Both the position numbers and the translations under genes were made by a program. The notes beneath the pieces are model-generated. The model searched no databases. It was not told where the DNA came from and saw only the letters and a program-made list of their open reading frames with translations. Positions 45,053 to 58,845 of a DNA stretch of 64,000 bases are shown piece after piece; position 1 is the first letter of the stretch; every line of letters begins with the position of its first letter. The DNA is taken from positions 1-64,000 of the forward strand of contig CAWGKG010000023.1 of assembly GCA_963823035.1 (NCBI GenBank), read 5' to 3'. The DNA comes from an uncultured Gemmatimonadales bacterium (GTDB lineage: Bacteria > Gemmatimonadota > Gemmatimonadetes > Longimicrobiales > Gaopeijiaceae).

Positions 45053-45760
45053 TCAGTCGTCCGGCGCGGCGTCGCTCTCCCGAGCGGCGTAGTAGCGGCG
45101 GATGAAGGGCTCCTGCACACGGTAGGACCAGTGGACGTCGCGGAGGAGGTCGGCCGCTTCGGCCACCTTGCCCTCCTCGATGAGGCCGATCAGCGCCGCG
45201 TGCTCCTGCGTGGACACCCGCTCCCACTCGGGAACGAAGCCCTGCAACCGGGGAAAGTCGTAGAGCCGCTGCTTCAGGATGTGGACGTGACGGGCCAGCT
45301 CCGCGTTGTCGGAGAGCGCCAGGTACGTGTCGTGGAAGGCCAGGTTCGCGTCGTAGAAGCGGGCGAAGTCCGACACGTCGAGCGCCCGCTCCATCTCCTC
45401 GTTCAACTCCCGCAGGCGTGCGACCGTCTCCGCCGTCAGGCGGCCGGCGACGCTGCGCAGCACGGTCGACTCGAGCCCGCCGAGCAACTCGTAGATGTCG
45501 CGGATGACGCGGAGGGTGAGCTTGGCGACGCGCACGCCCCTCCGGTTGAGGATCTCCACGAAGCCCTCCGACTCGAGGCGGAGGAGCGCGTCGCGCAGGG
45601 GGGTCCGGCTGATGCCGATCTCCTCGGCGAGCGCGTTGAGGTCGAGGTAGCTCCCCGGGCGCAGGCGGCCCTCGTTCATGTGCGAGCGGAGCCGCTCGTA
45701 GACCTCCTCACGGAGGGATCGGATGGGCGGACGCGCAGTCGTCAAAGCCTGGTCGGGCAT
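45053..45760 (-). CDS. GntR-family (FCD domain) transcriptional regulator
   Basis: LAEEIGISRTPLRDALLRLESEGFV wHTH; FHD and EHAALI FCD motifs; first gene of gntR-activase-hypD. Confidence 0.92.
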   Translation of the reverse strand: MPDQALTTARPPIRSLREEVYERLRSHMNEGRLRPGSYLDLNALAEEIGISRTPLRDALLRLESEGFVEILNRRGVRVAKLTLRVIRDIYELLGGLESTVLRSVAGRLTAETVARLRELNEEMERALDVSDFARFYDANLAFHDTYLALSDNAELARHVHILKQRLYDFPRLQGFVPEWERVSTQEHAALIGLIEEGKVAEAADLLRDVHWSYRVQEPFIRRYYAARESDAAPDD

Positions 45761-45834
45761 GTCCTCTCTTCCGGACGGTCTCCCTCGCGCCACCCCTCCT
45801 CACCACCCTGGAAGGCGACTTCTTTCGAGTCGCC

Positions 45835-45870
45835 TACTGATATATTAGTATCGGACGGCCTGCCCCACCA
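45835..45870 (-). promoter_or_regulatory. gntR-hypD operon promoter with overlapping palindromic operator
   Basis: TTGTGG(45870-45865)-17 bp-TAATAT(45847-45842); TACTGATATATTAGTA is a 16-bp palindrome with one mismatch. Confidence 0.75.
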
Positions 45871-45916
45871 ACAGCCGCAACGCCGCGGATCTGCTTGCCA
45901 ATTGTAGGGTTGCCCC

Positions 45917-48298
<2,382 letters not shown>

Positions 48299-48323
48299 GC
48301 CGTCCCACCCGAGGCGCCTCGCC

Positions 48324-49389
48324 ATGACGATCGGGCTCGAGAGCGCGGCCTTCGGGGCAACGCCCGACGGTGTGGCCGTGCGCCGGTTCACGATGCGCAA
48401 TCGGCGCGGTGTGACGGTGCGGGCCCTCGACTACGGGGGGATCATCACCTCCCTGGAGACGCCCGACCGCGAGGGGCGCATGGCCGACATCGTGCTCGGC
48501 TTCGACGCGCTCGAGCCGTACCTGACCAGCCGCGCGTATTTCGGGGCGATCATCGGACGCTACGGCAACCGCATCGCGCGCGGCCGCTTCACCCTCGACG
48601 GCGAGCGCTACAGGCTCGCCACGAACAACGGGCCCAACCACCTGCACGGCGGCGTTCGCGGCTTCGACAAGGTCGTATGGGACGCCGAGCCCTTCGAGCG
48701 CGCCACGGAGCGCGGACTCGTGCTACGCTACGTCAGCCCGGACGGCGAGGAGGGCTATCCGGGCACGTTGACGACGACGGTGACCTACACGCTCACCGAC
48801 GACGACGAGCTCATCCTCGACTACCACGCGACCACCGACCGGGCGACGCCGGTGAACCTGACGCACCACAGCTACTTCAACCTGGCCGGCGCCGGCAGCG
48901 GCAACGTGCTCCGTCAGGAGCTGATGATCGCGGCGTCCGCGTTCACGCCGGTCGACGCCGGCCTCATCCCGATCGGGGAGATCCGTCCGGTCGCGGGGAC
49001 ACCCTTCGACTTCCGCACGCCTACGGCGATCGGGGCGACGCATCGACGCGGAGGATCCGCAGATCGCCCTCGCTTCGGGCTACGACCACAACTTCGTGCT
49101 GGATCGCGTGGGCGACGGGCTCGCGCTCGCGGCCCGCCTGACCGACCCGGCGAGCGGACGCACGCTCGAGATCCACACCACGGAGCCGGGGCTGCATCTC
49201 CACTCGGCCGACTTCCTCGCCGAGACCATCCGGGGGAAGGACGGTCGCACCTTCGGGCGGCGCGGAGGGCTCTGCCTCGAGATCCAGCACTTCCCCGACT
49301 CGCCGAACCAGCCGTCGTTCCCCTCGACGATCCTTCGTCCCGGCGAAGTGCTCCGCTCCCGCGCTACCCACCGCTTCGGGACGGCGTGA
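48324..49389 (+). CDS. galM: Aldose 1-epimerase (mutarotase), cytoplasmic (frameshift near 49037)
   Basis: [45 protein letters not shown]. Confidence 0.9.
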
Positions 49390-51326
49390 AGCGCGCCACC
49401 CACCCGCCGCCCGGCGCGAGCCGCACCTCCCGGCTTCCCCCGCCCCGGACGGTCTCCACCTCGTGCGCGTGGTCGCTGCCGTGGCGGTCCGCGTTGACGC
49501 CGTCGCGGTAGGATTCCATCCGGTAGCTCCCCTCGCCCAGGAAGGAGAGGTCGAGCGTGAGGGTGCGGGGCTGCCAGTCGGTGAGCGCGCCCACCCACCA
49601 GCTGTCTCCCTTCCGTCGGGCGATCGCCACGTAGTCGCCGCTCGCGCCCAGCAGTGGCCGCGTCTCGTCCCACGTGGTGGGCACCGCCACGATGAAGCGC
49701 GTCACCTCGGGCTCGGCGCGGTAGTGCTGCGGGGTTGTCGGCCAGCATCATGATCGGGCTCTCGTAGACCACGTAGAGCGCCATCTGGTGCGCCCGCGTT
49801 CCCTGGCTCATCGGGTGCGAGAACACCGCACGGTGCTCGGCGCGCGCGGCATTGATCATGGCGCCGGGTGTGTAGTCCATCGGTCCGGCGAGCATGCGCG
49901 TGAACGGCAGCGTCACGTCGTGGTCAGGAGTGACGTCCTCGCTCCACTTGTTCCACTCGAGGCCACGCACCCCCTCGCGGCTCAGGACGTTCGGGTACGC
50001 CCGCCGCAGCCCCGCGGGCTTGTATGCGCCGTGGTAGTCGACGAGCAGGTGGCGCTCCGCCGCCTCCCGTGCCAGGCGCCAGTAGAACTGCACCACCGCC
50101 TGGTCGTCACGTTGCATGTAGTCGACCTTCGTGCCGACCACGCCCCAGGAAGCCCAGAGATCCAGCACCTCCTCCATGCGGTCGTCGAGCGGCTTCCACA
50201 GCGCCCACAGGATGATCCCCACGTCGCGGTCGCGGGCGTACCGGACGAGCGCCGGCACGTCCATGCCGGGCACGTTGGTCGTCACGTCGTCCTCGGGCGA
50301 CCACCCCAGGTCGAGGATCACGTATTCGATCCCGTACTCGCTCGCGAAGTCCACGTACTCCTGGTAGGTGCGCTGGTTGACGCCCGCGCGGAAATCCACG
50401 TCGTGGAAGTTCCAGTCGTTCCACCAGTCCCACGCGACCTTCCCCGGTCGGATCCACGAGGGGTCGTCGATCCGCAGCTCCGGGGCGAGCCGGTACACCA
50501 TCTGGTTCTCGAGGAGCGCCCGGTCGTCGGCCGCGATCGCCAGCGCCCGCCAGGGATAGTCCCGCGTCCCGGCGCACCGGGCGATGTAGGGGGCGCGCTC
50601 CGACACGGAGACGTTCTCGACGTCGTCGCGGTTCTCGGCGAGGGCGTAGCCCGGAAAGACACCGCGCACGGCCCGTCCACTCGCTCCCTCGACGTGCATG
50701 CCCGGGTAGTCCTCGAGGTCGGACTCCATCAGCGCGAGGCGGAGCCCGCGCGCGGTCTCCACGACGAGCGGGAGGAGCCCCATCGTGCCCTCGGGAAGGC
50801 TGTCGAGAGGGATCCGCCGGTAGAGCGGCTCCTGGTGCGACATCCAGGTGGAGTCCGCGCCGAACACGGCGGTATCGTTCCCCGCGAAGCGGAACGTCGC
50901 CTCCTCCCCGCGCACCACCACGCTGTCCGCGAAGGCCGTCGCGAACCGGTAGGCGACGCCGTCGTCGTAGGCGCGCACCACCAGGGCCCACCCGCCCTCG
51001 AAGTCCACGCGCAGCTCCTCGAAGCGGTCGGGGACCTCCGCGTTCTTCTCCGGCACGACGGGGCGGAGCATCCGATCCACCGAACGCGGCGTCGTGCCCA
51101 CGACCTCCGCATCCGGACCCAGGACCCTCCCGGAGGCCAAGGTCATCGACAGGGGGGAAGCCTCCAGCACGGTGGTGCCGTCGTGCTCCACCCGCCACGT
51201 CAGCTGGGCGCCGGAGGCGACGCGCACGACCGTCCGGCCGTCCGGCGAGCGCACCTCGTGGGACTGCGCGCTCGCGCCCCCGGCCGCCACCCACAGCAAG
51301 AGGACCCCTGCGGCGATCGTCCGCAT
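49364..51326 (-). CDS. GH97 glycoside hydrolase, retaining type (alpha-galactosidase/beta-L-arabinopyranosidase-like); frameshift near 49729
   Basis: [24 protein letters not shown] (Asp nucleophile position), [23 protein letters not shown]; signal peptide. Confidence 0.9.
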
Positions 51327-51344
51327 CGTGCCACTCCGGGAAGT

Positions 51345-51356
51345 CGAACCGGTTTT
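51345..51356. promoter_or_regulatory. Putative LacI-family operator
   Basis: CGAACCGGTTTT about 20 bp upstream of the GH97 start, in the divergent GH97/esterase spacer. Confidence 0.55.
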
Positions 51357-51479
51357 CGCTCGCGTGAAGCTATGAGCGCCGGAGCCCCGGCGAATAGAGT
51401 GACGGGTGACGACCGCGCGCGAAGACACCGGCGCGACGGGCGCCGTCGATCCCTCCACGCCCATCCGAGGTGCAGCGAC

Positions 51480-52604
51480 ATGAACGCAGGGCCGAAGGGT
51501 CCGGCGGTCGCTCGGCGACCCGCCCTCGTGGCGGGCGTCTGCGTCCTTCTCGTCCTGGGCGGAGCGCGCGAGCCTGTCTGCGCGCAGGTGGACGCCGCGG
51601 GAGATCTCACCCCGGTCTCGCCGCTGAAGGGCAGGCTCCTGCGCGTCCCCGTGCACGGTACGTCGCTGGAGGGCAACCTCGAGGGCGACACGCCGGACCG
51701 GCCCGTCTCCGTCTACCTCCCGCCCGGCTACGACGCGTCACCCGAGCGCCGCTACCCGGTGACCTACTTCCTGCACGGCTTCACCGACTCCGACCTCAAT
51801 TGGTTCGGATGGCGCGAGCACTTCGTCAACGTGCCCGCGGCGTACGAGCGGGCGCTCGCGGCGGGAACGGTCCGGGAGATGATCCTGGTCATGCCGAACG
51901 CCTACACGGCGTACGCCGGCAGCATGTATTCCAGCTCCGTCACCACCGGCGACTGGGAACGCTACGTCGCGGAGGAGCTGGTCGCGTACATCGACGCACA
52001 CTACCGGACGATCCCCCGGCGGGAGAGCCGGGGCCTCGTAGGACACTCGATGGGCGGCTACGGTGCGATCCGTATCGGCATGAAGCGATCCGACGTCTTC
52101 GCGAACCTGTACGTGATGAGCCCCTGCTGCATGGATCCCGCATGGACATGGGTGGCCAGGGCATGGCGGGAGTGGAGGCCATCAAGACCCCCGACCAGGT
52201 GGCCGGGGCACCTTTCGGCGTCAAGGCCACCTTCGCCTCCGCGGCGGCGTGGTCACCGAATCCCGGGAAGCCGCCCCTCTACCTGGACCTGCCGGTCGAG
52301 GGCGGGAAGGCCCGGCCGGACGTGCTGGCGCGCTGGGTCGCGAACGCGCCGATCGCGACCGTGCACCAGTTCGTGCCGGAGCTCCGGCGCTACCATGCCA
52401 TCGCCATGGACGCAGGCGCCCAGGATCGGGGGATCGCCGCGGCGACGCAGGAGCTGAGCCGCATCCTCACGACGTACGGAATCGGGCACACGGTCGAGAT
52501 CTACGACCCGGGCGATCACATCAACCGGGTCGACGAGCGCGTCGAGGAGCACGCCTCCCATTCTTCTCGACCAACCTGGCGTTCCCGGCGCCTCGGGGCG
52601 GTGA
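51480..52604 (+). CDS. Secreted alpha/beta-hydrolase esterase (CE1-like), frameshifted; end approximate
   Basis: [22 protein letters not shown] nucleophile elbow; continues in other frames after about 52140 and 52555. Confidence 0.82.
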
Positions 52605-53850
52605 GGGGGGGGCGGTCGACGCACCGACGACCGCACGACGGCCGCGGACCCTGGTCCTCGCGGCGGCCCTCCTGTGCTGCGGCGGCGTGACGGGGTGCTC
52701 CGGGGCGCGCGCGGGAGACGGGGAGCTGCGGGCGATGATCGACGGCTCACTCGAGGAGGCGGTGCGCCAGTACCGGGCGCTCGACGACGCCCTGCCGGAC
52801 ACGCTCCTCCCGCGGAGCCTCCACCCGGACGGCTCTCTCTGGAGCAGCCCCTCCGGATGGTGGACCAGCGGCTTCTTCGCCGGCAGCCTCTGGACCTTGT
52901 ACAACCGCACCGGTGACCCCGACCTGAAGCGCCGCGCGCTCGCCCGGACGCGGGCGGTGGAGCGCGAGAGCCGGAACCCCAGCGACCACGACGTCGGCTT
53001 CAAGGTCTTCACCAGCTTCGGCCACGCTTGGCGGAGCACGGGTGACACCACCTTCGTGCCCGTGCTCCTGACGGCCGCGAACACGCTGGCGAGCCGCTTC
53101 GATCCGCGCGTCGGCGCCCTCCGCTCGTGGGGCGAGCGGAGCGACACCACCGGGCCGTACCTGGTGATCATCGACAACATGATGAACCTCGAGCTGCTCT
53201 TCTGGGCGGCGCGCCACGGGGGCGATCCCTCTCTCTTCGACGTCGCCGTGCGCCACGCCGACAAGACGCTCGAGAACCATTTCCGTGCGGACGGCAGCTC
53301 CTGGCACGTGGTCGAGTACGACCCGCGTTCCGGGGACGTGCTGCGCCGACGCACGCAGCAGGGGCAGGCCGACGGCTCGGCATGGGCAAGGGGGCAGGCG
53401 TGGGGTCTCTACGGCTTCACGATGACCTACCGGGAGACAGGGTACGCGCGCTACCTGGAGCAGGCGAAGAAGATCGCGCGTTACCTGCTTGAAAGCCCCA
53501 CCCTGCCCGCGGACGGCGTGCCCTATTGGGACTTCGACGCGGCCGGCGTCCCGGACGCCCCTCGCGACGCCTCCGCCGCGGCGATCATGGCTTCGGCGCT
53601 CCTCGAGCTGAGCGGGTACGTGCCCGACTCCCTGCGTACGGAGTACCGGGACCGTGCCGAGCGCATCCTGCGCACGCTCAGCGGCCCCGCCTACCGCACG
53701 CGAGGCGACGCGCGCAGAGGGTTCCTTCTCGACCACGGCGTGGGGAACCTCCCGGGCGGCAGCGAGGTGGACGTCCCCCTCGCGTACGCGGACCACTACT
53801 ACCTCGAAGGACTGCTGCGGCTCGATGCGATCCTTCGCGAACGGAGGCCT
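52601..53850 (+). CDS. GH88 unsaturated glucuronyl hydrolase lipoprotein domain
   Basis: WWTSGFFAGSLW, HDVGF, IIDNMMNLELLF, SAWARGQAWGLYG, PYWDF, RDASAAAI, YADHYYLEGL; lipobox VTGC; start approximate. Confidence 0.9.
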
Positions 53851-55171
53851 CCCCGACGGTCGTGCCGGTGGGAATCGGGTGGGCGCGCTCGTCCGTGAAC
53901 ACCGTGATCTTCCGGCAGCACGCGTTGGTGACGCACGCGGGCACGCAGTTCGCGGCCTGGTACGACCGCGAGGGAGCCGTGCTGCTCGCGCGCGTCCGCC
54001 GGGGGGACGCGTGGCAGACGCGCCGCCGCGCTTCCGCGGCGACGTTCGAGACGCCCACGACGCGATCAGCCTCGGGGTGGACGGTGCCGGCATCCTGCAC
54101 GTGCTGGGGCGAGCACGGGGACTCGCTCCGCTACGTGCGCGCACGTCGCCGGGCAGCCTGGAGATGTCCGACCCGATCGCGATGACGGGCGAGGACGAGG
54201 CCGAGGTCACCTACCCGCAGTTCCAGGAGCTCGCCGACGGCGACCTCCTCTTCGTGTACCGGGACGGCGTCTCGGGGGACGGTGACGTGATGCTCGACCG
54301 GTGGGCGTGAGCGCCGGGAAGTGGCGCGTGTTGGCGCACCCGCTCGTCGACGGGGAGGGCCGCGCAACGCGTACGTGGAGCCGCTGGTGGTGGACGGACG
54401 CGGCGCGTGGCACCTCGCCTGGACGTGGCGGGAGACGTGGGACGCATCGACGAACCACGACGTTCTCTACGCCTGGTCCCCGGACGAGGGCGCCACCTGG
54501 CTACGGAGCACGGGCGAGGCGTACACGCTCCCGATCACGGAGGCCACCGCCGAGGTGGCCGTGGCCATCCCGCCGGCGCACGACCTCATCAACCAGACGA
54601 CGATGGCGGTCGACGCGCGGACGCCCCACCATCGCTTCGTACTGGCGGCCCGAGGGGAGCGACGCACCGCAGCTCCACGTCGTCTGGCGCGACGCCTCGG
54701 GATGGCGAACCGCCCAGGTCGGCCACCGTACGATGCCGTTCACGCTGGCGGGCGGGGGCACACGCCGCGTTCCCCTCTCCCGTCCGCTCGTCCTGAGCGG
54801 GCGGACGCACCCTCGATGTGGTGTTCCGCGACGCCGAGCGGGGGGGCGGTATCTCGATCGGCACGTCGACCGACCCGGCGCGCACGGACTGGAGCATCCG
54901 CACGCTGTGGGCGCCCTCGGTCGGGCAGTGGGAGCCCCTGCACGACCCCGCGGCCTGGCAGGAGCACCACGCCCTCCATCTCCTGGTACAGCGCGTCGGA
55001 CAGGGGGAGGGCGAGACTCTGGAGGACCTCCCTCCCCAGCCGGTTCAGATCCTCGAGTGGAAGGCCCTGGAGGCCGGCCACAGGCCGAGGGCTGCGCCGT
55101 CAGCGTTCGCTGCCGTCCACCTCCACGGTCGGCCACCCGTGCGCGTCCCAACGGATCTCGCGCACCCGTAG
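53851..55171 (+). CDS. BNR_4 beta-propeller (GH145/PL42-like), multiply frameshifted, probably fused to GH88
   Basis: GWARSSVNTVIFR, DAHDAISLGVDG, VTYPQF, YRDGVSGDG, DGEG..NAY, WTWRETWDASTNHD, LINQTTM, GQWEP read across frames. Confidence 0.75.
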
Positions 55172-56075
55172 CTTCGACCGCCCTTCGTCGCTCCTGTCGT
55201 AGGCGTGGAAGACGAGGTGATCCACCCGTCGAAGGTGACGACGTCGCAGTGGCCGCCGGCGGCTCACCGCTCGCTGTCGGCGAAGCCGAGCGTGACGAGC
55301 GAGCCGCCGCCATGCGCCATCAGCTCTCCCTCCCGATCGAGGTACGGACCCCGGATGTCCCTCGACCGGCCCACCACGACCTTGTACGTGCTCTCCACGC
55401 CGCGGCAGCACCGGTCCCACGACACGAAGAGGTAGTACCAGCCGTCCCGCCGGAAGATCACGGGCGCTTCGATCGCCCCGTTTCCGGAGGCCCGGTTCGA
55501 CATCGAGGATGCGCCTCGGGTAGAGCGTCTCGTAGTCGAGGTCGGGGTTGGCGGAGTCACCGGCGGTCGATCGCGTTCCACATGTCGCGGCCGGGAACCG
55601 ACCGCACGACGATGCCGTGGTCGACCCACCCGAATCCGGGTGCGGACGGATCGAGCGTGGGACTCGTCGCCACCCCGATCGCCGAGTTGTTGCGCGAAGG
55701 CCGACACCGCGTAGTACAGGTACCAGGTGCCCTCGTGCTCGATGATGTCGGGCGCCCACATCGCGTCGCGGAAGTCGGGCAGCATCCCCTTCACCCACAC
55801 GGGCGTGCTCGCGAAGACCGGGTCGAGCCGCCGCCAGCTCTCCAGGTCGTCGGACGTCCAGGCGTCGATGCCCCGGCCGGTGCCGAAGACGTAGTACCTG
55901 CCCCCTTCGCGGGCCATCACGGGGTCGTGGATCGGTACGTCGGTGACCGGACCCACCGGTGCGGGCCGACCCCGGCCCTGCGCCGAGGCGGAGGCCGCGA
56001 ATGCGGCAAGGACGCCGGCCGTCACGGCCGTCCAATCGCGCGCGACCGCGCCCAGGCGCGCGCGGCGTCCCTCAA
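55100..56075 (-). CDS. GH43 endo-arabinanase-like protein, frameshifted and apparently internally deleted
   Basis: IHDPVM, WAPDI, YLYYAVSAF, WNAID, AIEAP, YYLFVSWDRCCRG, GHC, LVFHAYD; start uncertain. Confidence 0.8.
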
Positions 56076-57163
56076 TCCAGGAACACACGCGGCCAGCCCT
56101 CCCGGTCCCAGACGATCGGTGCTCCCGCGAGGGGCGCGCCCGCGATGGGCCACCCGTTCCAGGTCCAGTACAGCGGACGGATCTGCAGGCTGCGCGGGAT
56201 GGCGAGGGGCGCGTCGGGCGAGGCCGGCCCCTCGGCTACGTTCACGTAGTGGTGGACGATCCAATCGCGCCCGCCGTCGCTGAGGATCGAGTTGTGCCCG
56301 GGCCCGGCGATCATCCCGGTGCCGGCGAGCACGAGCGTGCCTCCGCCCTTCGTGAGGGGAACGCCGTCCCGGTCCACGTAGGGCCCGGTGACCTTCTCGG
56401 CTCGACCGACCCGCACGTTGTAGGTGCTCTCGGCGCCGCGGCAGCACGCGTCGAAGGACACGAAGAGCCAGTAGGCGTCGTCGTGGCGGATGATGTACGG
56501 ACCCTCGATTGCCTGGCTGTCGCGCGGGCCGCGCACCGCATCCACGCCGTCCCGGGCCGCGAGGGAGTACGTGGTCGTGTCCGTGGTCGACACCTTCCCG
56601 GTGGCCGGGTCGATGCGGCGCATCTTGATCCCGCCCCAGAACGACCCCCAGCTCATCCACACGCTCCCGTCTTCGTCGACGATGATGGCGGGATCGATGG
56701 CGTTGAACGGGTCGCCTCGGTTCGACTCGACCACCACGCCTTCGTCCGTCCAGCCGTAGCCCGGGGTGGACGCGTCGAGCGTGGGGCTGGTGGCCAGGGC
56801 GATCACCGAACGCTGCCCACCGAACGTGGACAGCGCGTAGTACAGATGATAGCTGCCGCCGAAGTACGAGATGTCCGGCGCCCACGGGAACTGGGTGCCG
56901 GGCACCTCGCGCTGTGCCCATTCGGGCAGCGCGCCCTCGAACACCGTGCCGACGCGCTCCCACCGCCAGAGGTCGTCCGAACGCCGGATCTCGACCCCCG
57001 GCCCGGTGGAGAACACGTAGTAGTGGCTCCCGTCCCTGATGATCGCGGGATCCGGTACGTCGCGAACGTCCCCGGTCTGCGCTCCGAGGGGGGCAGCGGC
57101 CAGGACGGCGAACAGCCCGACCGGAACGAGGAGGCAACGGGCGCTCCGACGGCTCGCGGTCAT
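56072..57163 (-). CDS. GH43 endo-1,5-alpha-L-arabinanase-like protein
   Basis: DPAII, WAPDIS, NAIDP, WGSFWGGIK, AIEGP, SFDACCRG, GPGHNS; signal peptide. Confidence 0.9.
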   Translation of the reverse strand: MTASRRSARCLLVPVGLFAVLAAAPLGAQTGDVRDVPDPAIIRDGSHYYVFSTGPGVEIRRSDDLWRWERVGTVFEGALPEWAQREVPGTQFPWAPDISYFGGSYHLYYALSTFGGQRSVIALATSPTLDASTPGYGWTDEGVVVESNRGDPFNAIDPAIIVDEDGSVWMSWGSFWGGIKMRRIDPATGKVSTTDTTTYSLAARDGVDAVRGPRDSQAIEGPYIIRHDDAYWLFVSFDACCRGAESTYNVRVGRAEKVTGPYVDRDGVPLTKGGGTLVLAGTGMIAGPGHNSILSDGGRDWIVHHYVNVAEGPASPDAPLAIPRSLQIRPLYWTWNGWPIAGAPLAGAPIVWDREGWPRVFLD

Positions 57164-57180
57164 GCGCAAGAGCCCCCGCC

Positions 57181-58734
57181 TCAGCGCAGCTCGAGGAGGA
57201 CGACGGACTTGGCCGGCAGCTCGACCGTGAGCGTGCTCCCCGAGAGCTTCGCCCCTCCGAACTCCGTCGGGTGCACGGCGTTCGGCTGCTCGAACGTGTT
57301 GTGCGCGGACATCGAGCCCGCCGTCAGCACCTGCCCGGTGACCGTCTTCACGTCGGCGCCGCGCAGCTCGGTTCGCACCGTGCGCGCCTTGTTCGGGTCC
57401 AGGTTCACGAGCGTGACGTGGATCCGCCCCTCCGCGTCGCGCGACGCCGACGCGCTCACCGCGTCGATCGACTGGTCGCCGAAGGCGTACTCGTCGGACT
57501 TCAGCGAGATCGGGAGCGCCGTGGCCCCCTGGTGCACCTTGTACATGTCGAACACGTGATAGGTGGGCGTCAGGACCATCTGATCACCCTGGGTCAGGAT
57601 CATCGCCTGCAGCACGTTCACCGTCTGCGCGAGGTTGGCCATCTTCACGCGGTCCGCATGGTTGTTGAAGATGTTCAGGTGCAGCCCCGCCACGACCGCA
57701 TCGCGCATCGTGTTCTGCTGGTAGAGGAAGCCGGGGTTCGTTCCGGGCTCCACGTCGTGCCACATCCCCCACTCCCCCATGATCAGCCACACCCGCTTGC
57801 GCGGGTCGAACTGGTCCATGATCGCCGAGTGGCGGGTGATGAGCTCCTCCGTCCGCCACGCCTTCTGCATCGCCACGAACCACTCCCGCTCGTCGAAGTC
57901 CGTCGCGGAGCCCTTGTGGTTCCACGGCCCCACGACCGTGTAGTAGTGGAAGTCGATGCCGTCGATCATCCCGCCCGCGTTGCGCATCATCGTCTCGGTC
58001 CACGCGTAGTCGTCCACGTTCGGACCGGTCGCGATGCGGAAGGCGCGGGTGTCGCCGAAGGGGCGCAGGAAGGTCGCGAACCGCTTGTACACGTCCGCGT
58101 AGTGCTCCGGCGTCATGCTGCCGCCGCACCCCCAGCTCTCGTTCCCCACACCCCAGAAGCGCACGTTGTACGGCGCCGGATGCCCGTTCGCGGCCCGCTC
58201 GTCCGCCAGCGTGCTCCCTCCGGGATGGTTCACGTACTCCCACCAGTCGGCCATCTCCTTCACGGTCCCGCTCCCCACGTTCCCCACCACGAACGGGTCC
58301 GCCCCCAGCCGCTCGATCAGCTCCATGTACTCGTGCGTGCCGAAGCTGTTGTCTTCCGTCACCCCGCCCCAGATCGAGTTCACCATCTTCGGGCGCTCGG
58401 CCCGCGGCCCGATCCCGTCACGCCAGTGGTAGTAGTCCGCGAAGCACCCCCCGGGCCAGCGCAGAACCGGGATCTTCACCTCGCGCAGCGCCTGGATCAC
58501 GTCCTCACGCAGGTGCCACTGCCCGGTGCCCGCCTGGGTCCAGAACCCGTCGTAGATGTTGCGCCCCAGGTGCTCCCCGAAGTGCCCGTAGATGTACTTG
58601 CTGATCGTCGCCTCCCCCAGGTCCGCGTTCACCACCAGCCGGACGGGCGCCTGGGCCGCCCCCGTTCGGGGGAGGAGGAGCGTGAGCAGCGTGAGGAGGA
58701 GGAAGAGCGTCGTACCCGGTCGTCGCGGCGTCAT
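57181..58734 (-). CDS. GH51 alpha-L-arabinofuranosidase
   Basis: IYGHFGEHLG, LRWPGGCFAD, GNESWGCGG (acid/base), GEWGMW (nucleophile), MANLAQTVNVLQ; signal peptide. Confidence 0.95.
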   Translation of the reverse strand: MTPRRPGTTLFLLLTLLTLLLPRTGAAQAPVRLVVNADLGEATISKYIYGHFGEHLGRNIYDGFWTQAGTGQWHLREDVIQALREVKIPVLRWPGGCFADYYHWRDGIGPRAERPKMVNSIWGGVTEDNSFGTHEYMELIERLGADPFVVGNVGSGTVKEMADWWEYVNHPGGSTLADERAANGHPAPYNVRFWGVGNESWGCGGSMTPEHYADVYKRFATFLRPFGDTRAFRIATGPNVDDYAWTETMMRNAGGMIDGIDFHYYTVVGPWNHKGSATDFDEREWFVAMQKAWRTEELITRHSAIMDQFDPRKRVWLIMGEWGMWHDVEPGTNPGFLYQQNTMRDAVVAGLHLNIFNNHADRVKMANLAQTVNVLQAMILTQGDQMVLTPTYHVFDMYKVHQGATALPISLKSDEYAFGDQSIDAVSASASRDAEGRIHVTLVNLDPNKARTVRTELRGADVKTVTGQVLTAGSMSAHNTFEQPNAVHPTEFGGAKLSGSTLTVELPAKSVVLLELR

Positions 58735-58845
58735 GATGGGCTCCGTTCGGCGTGTCGAGTCGGCCCCTGCGTCCCAGGAGCCTGGTTGAGGATGGCGTGG
58801 TGGGCCCTTCGGGCACCGTGCGCCAAACGCGCCTGTCAACGAATT

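Noticed and set aside
52249..53898. Esterase-GH88 fusion suggested by the ORF track
   Set aside because: An internal signal peptide with lipobox and a GTGA overlap beside an 8-G run point to two genes joined by indel errors
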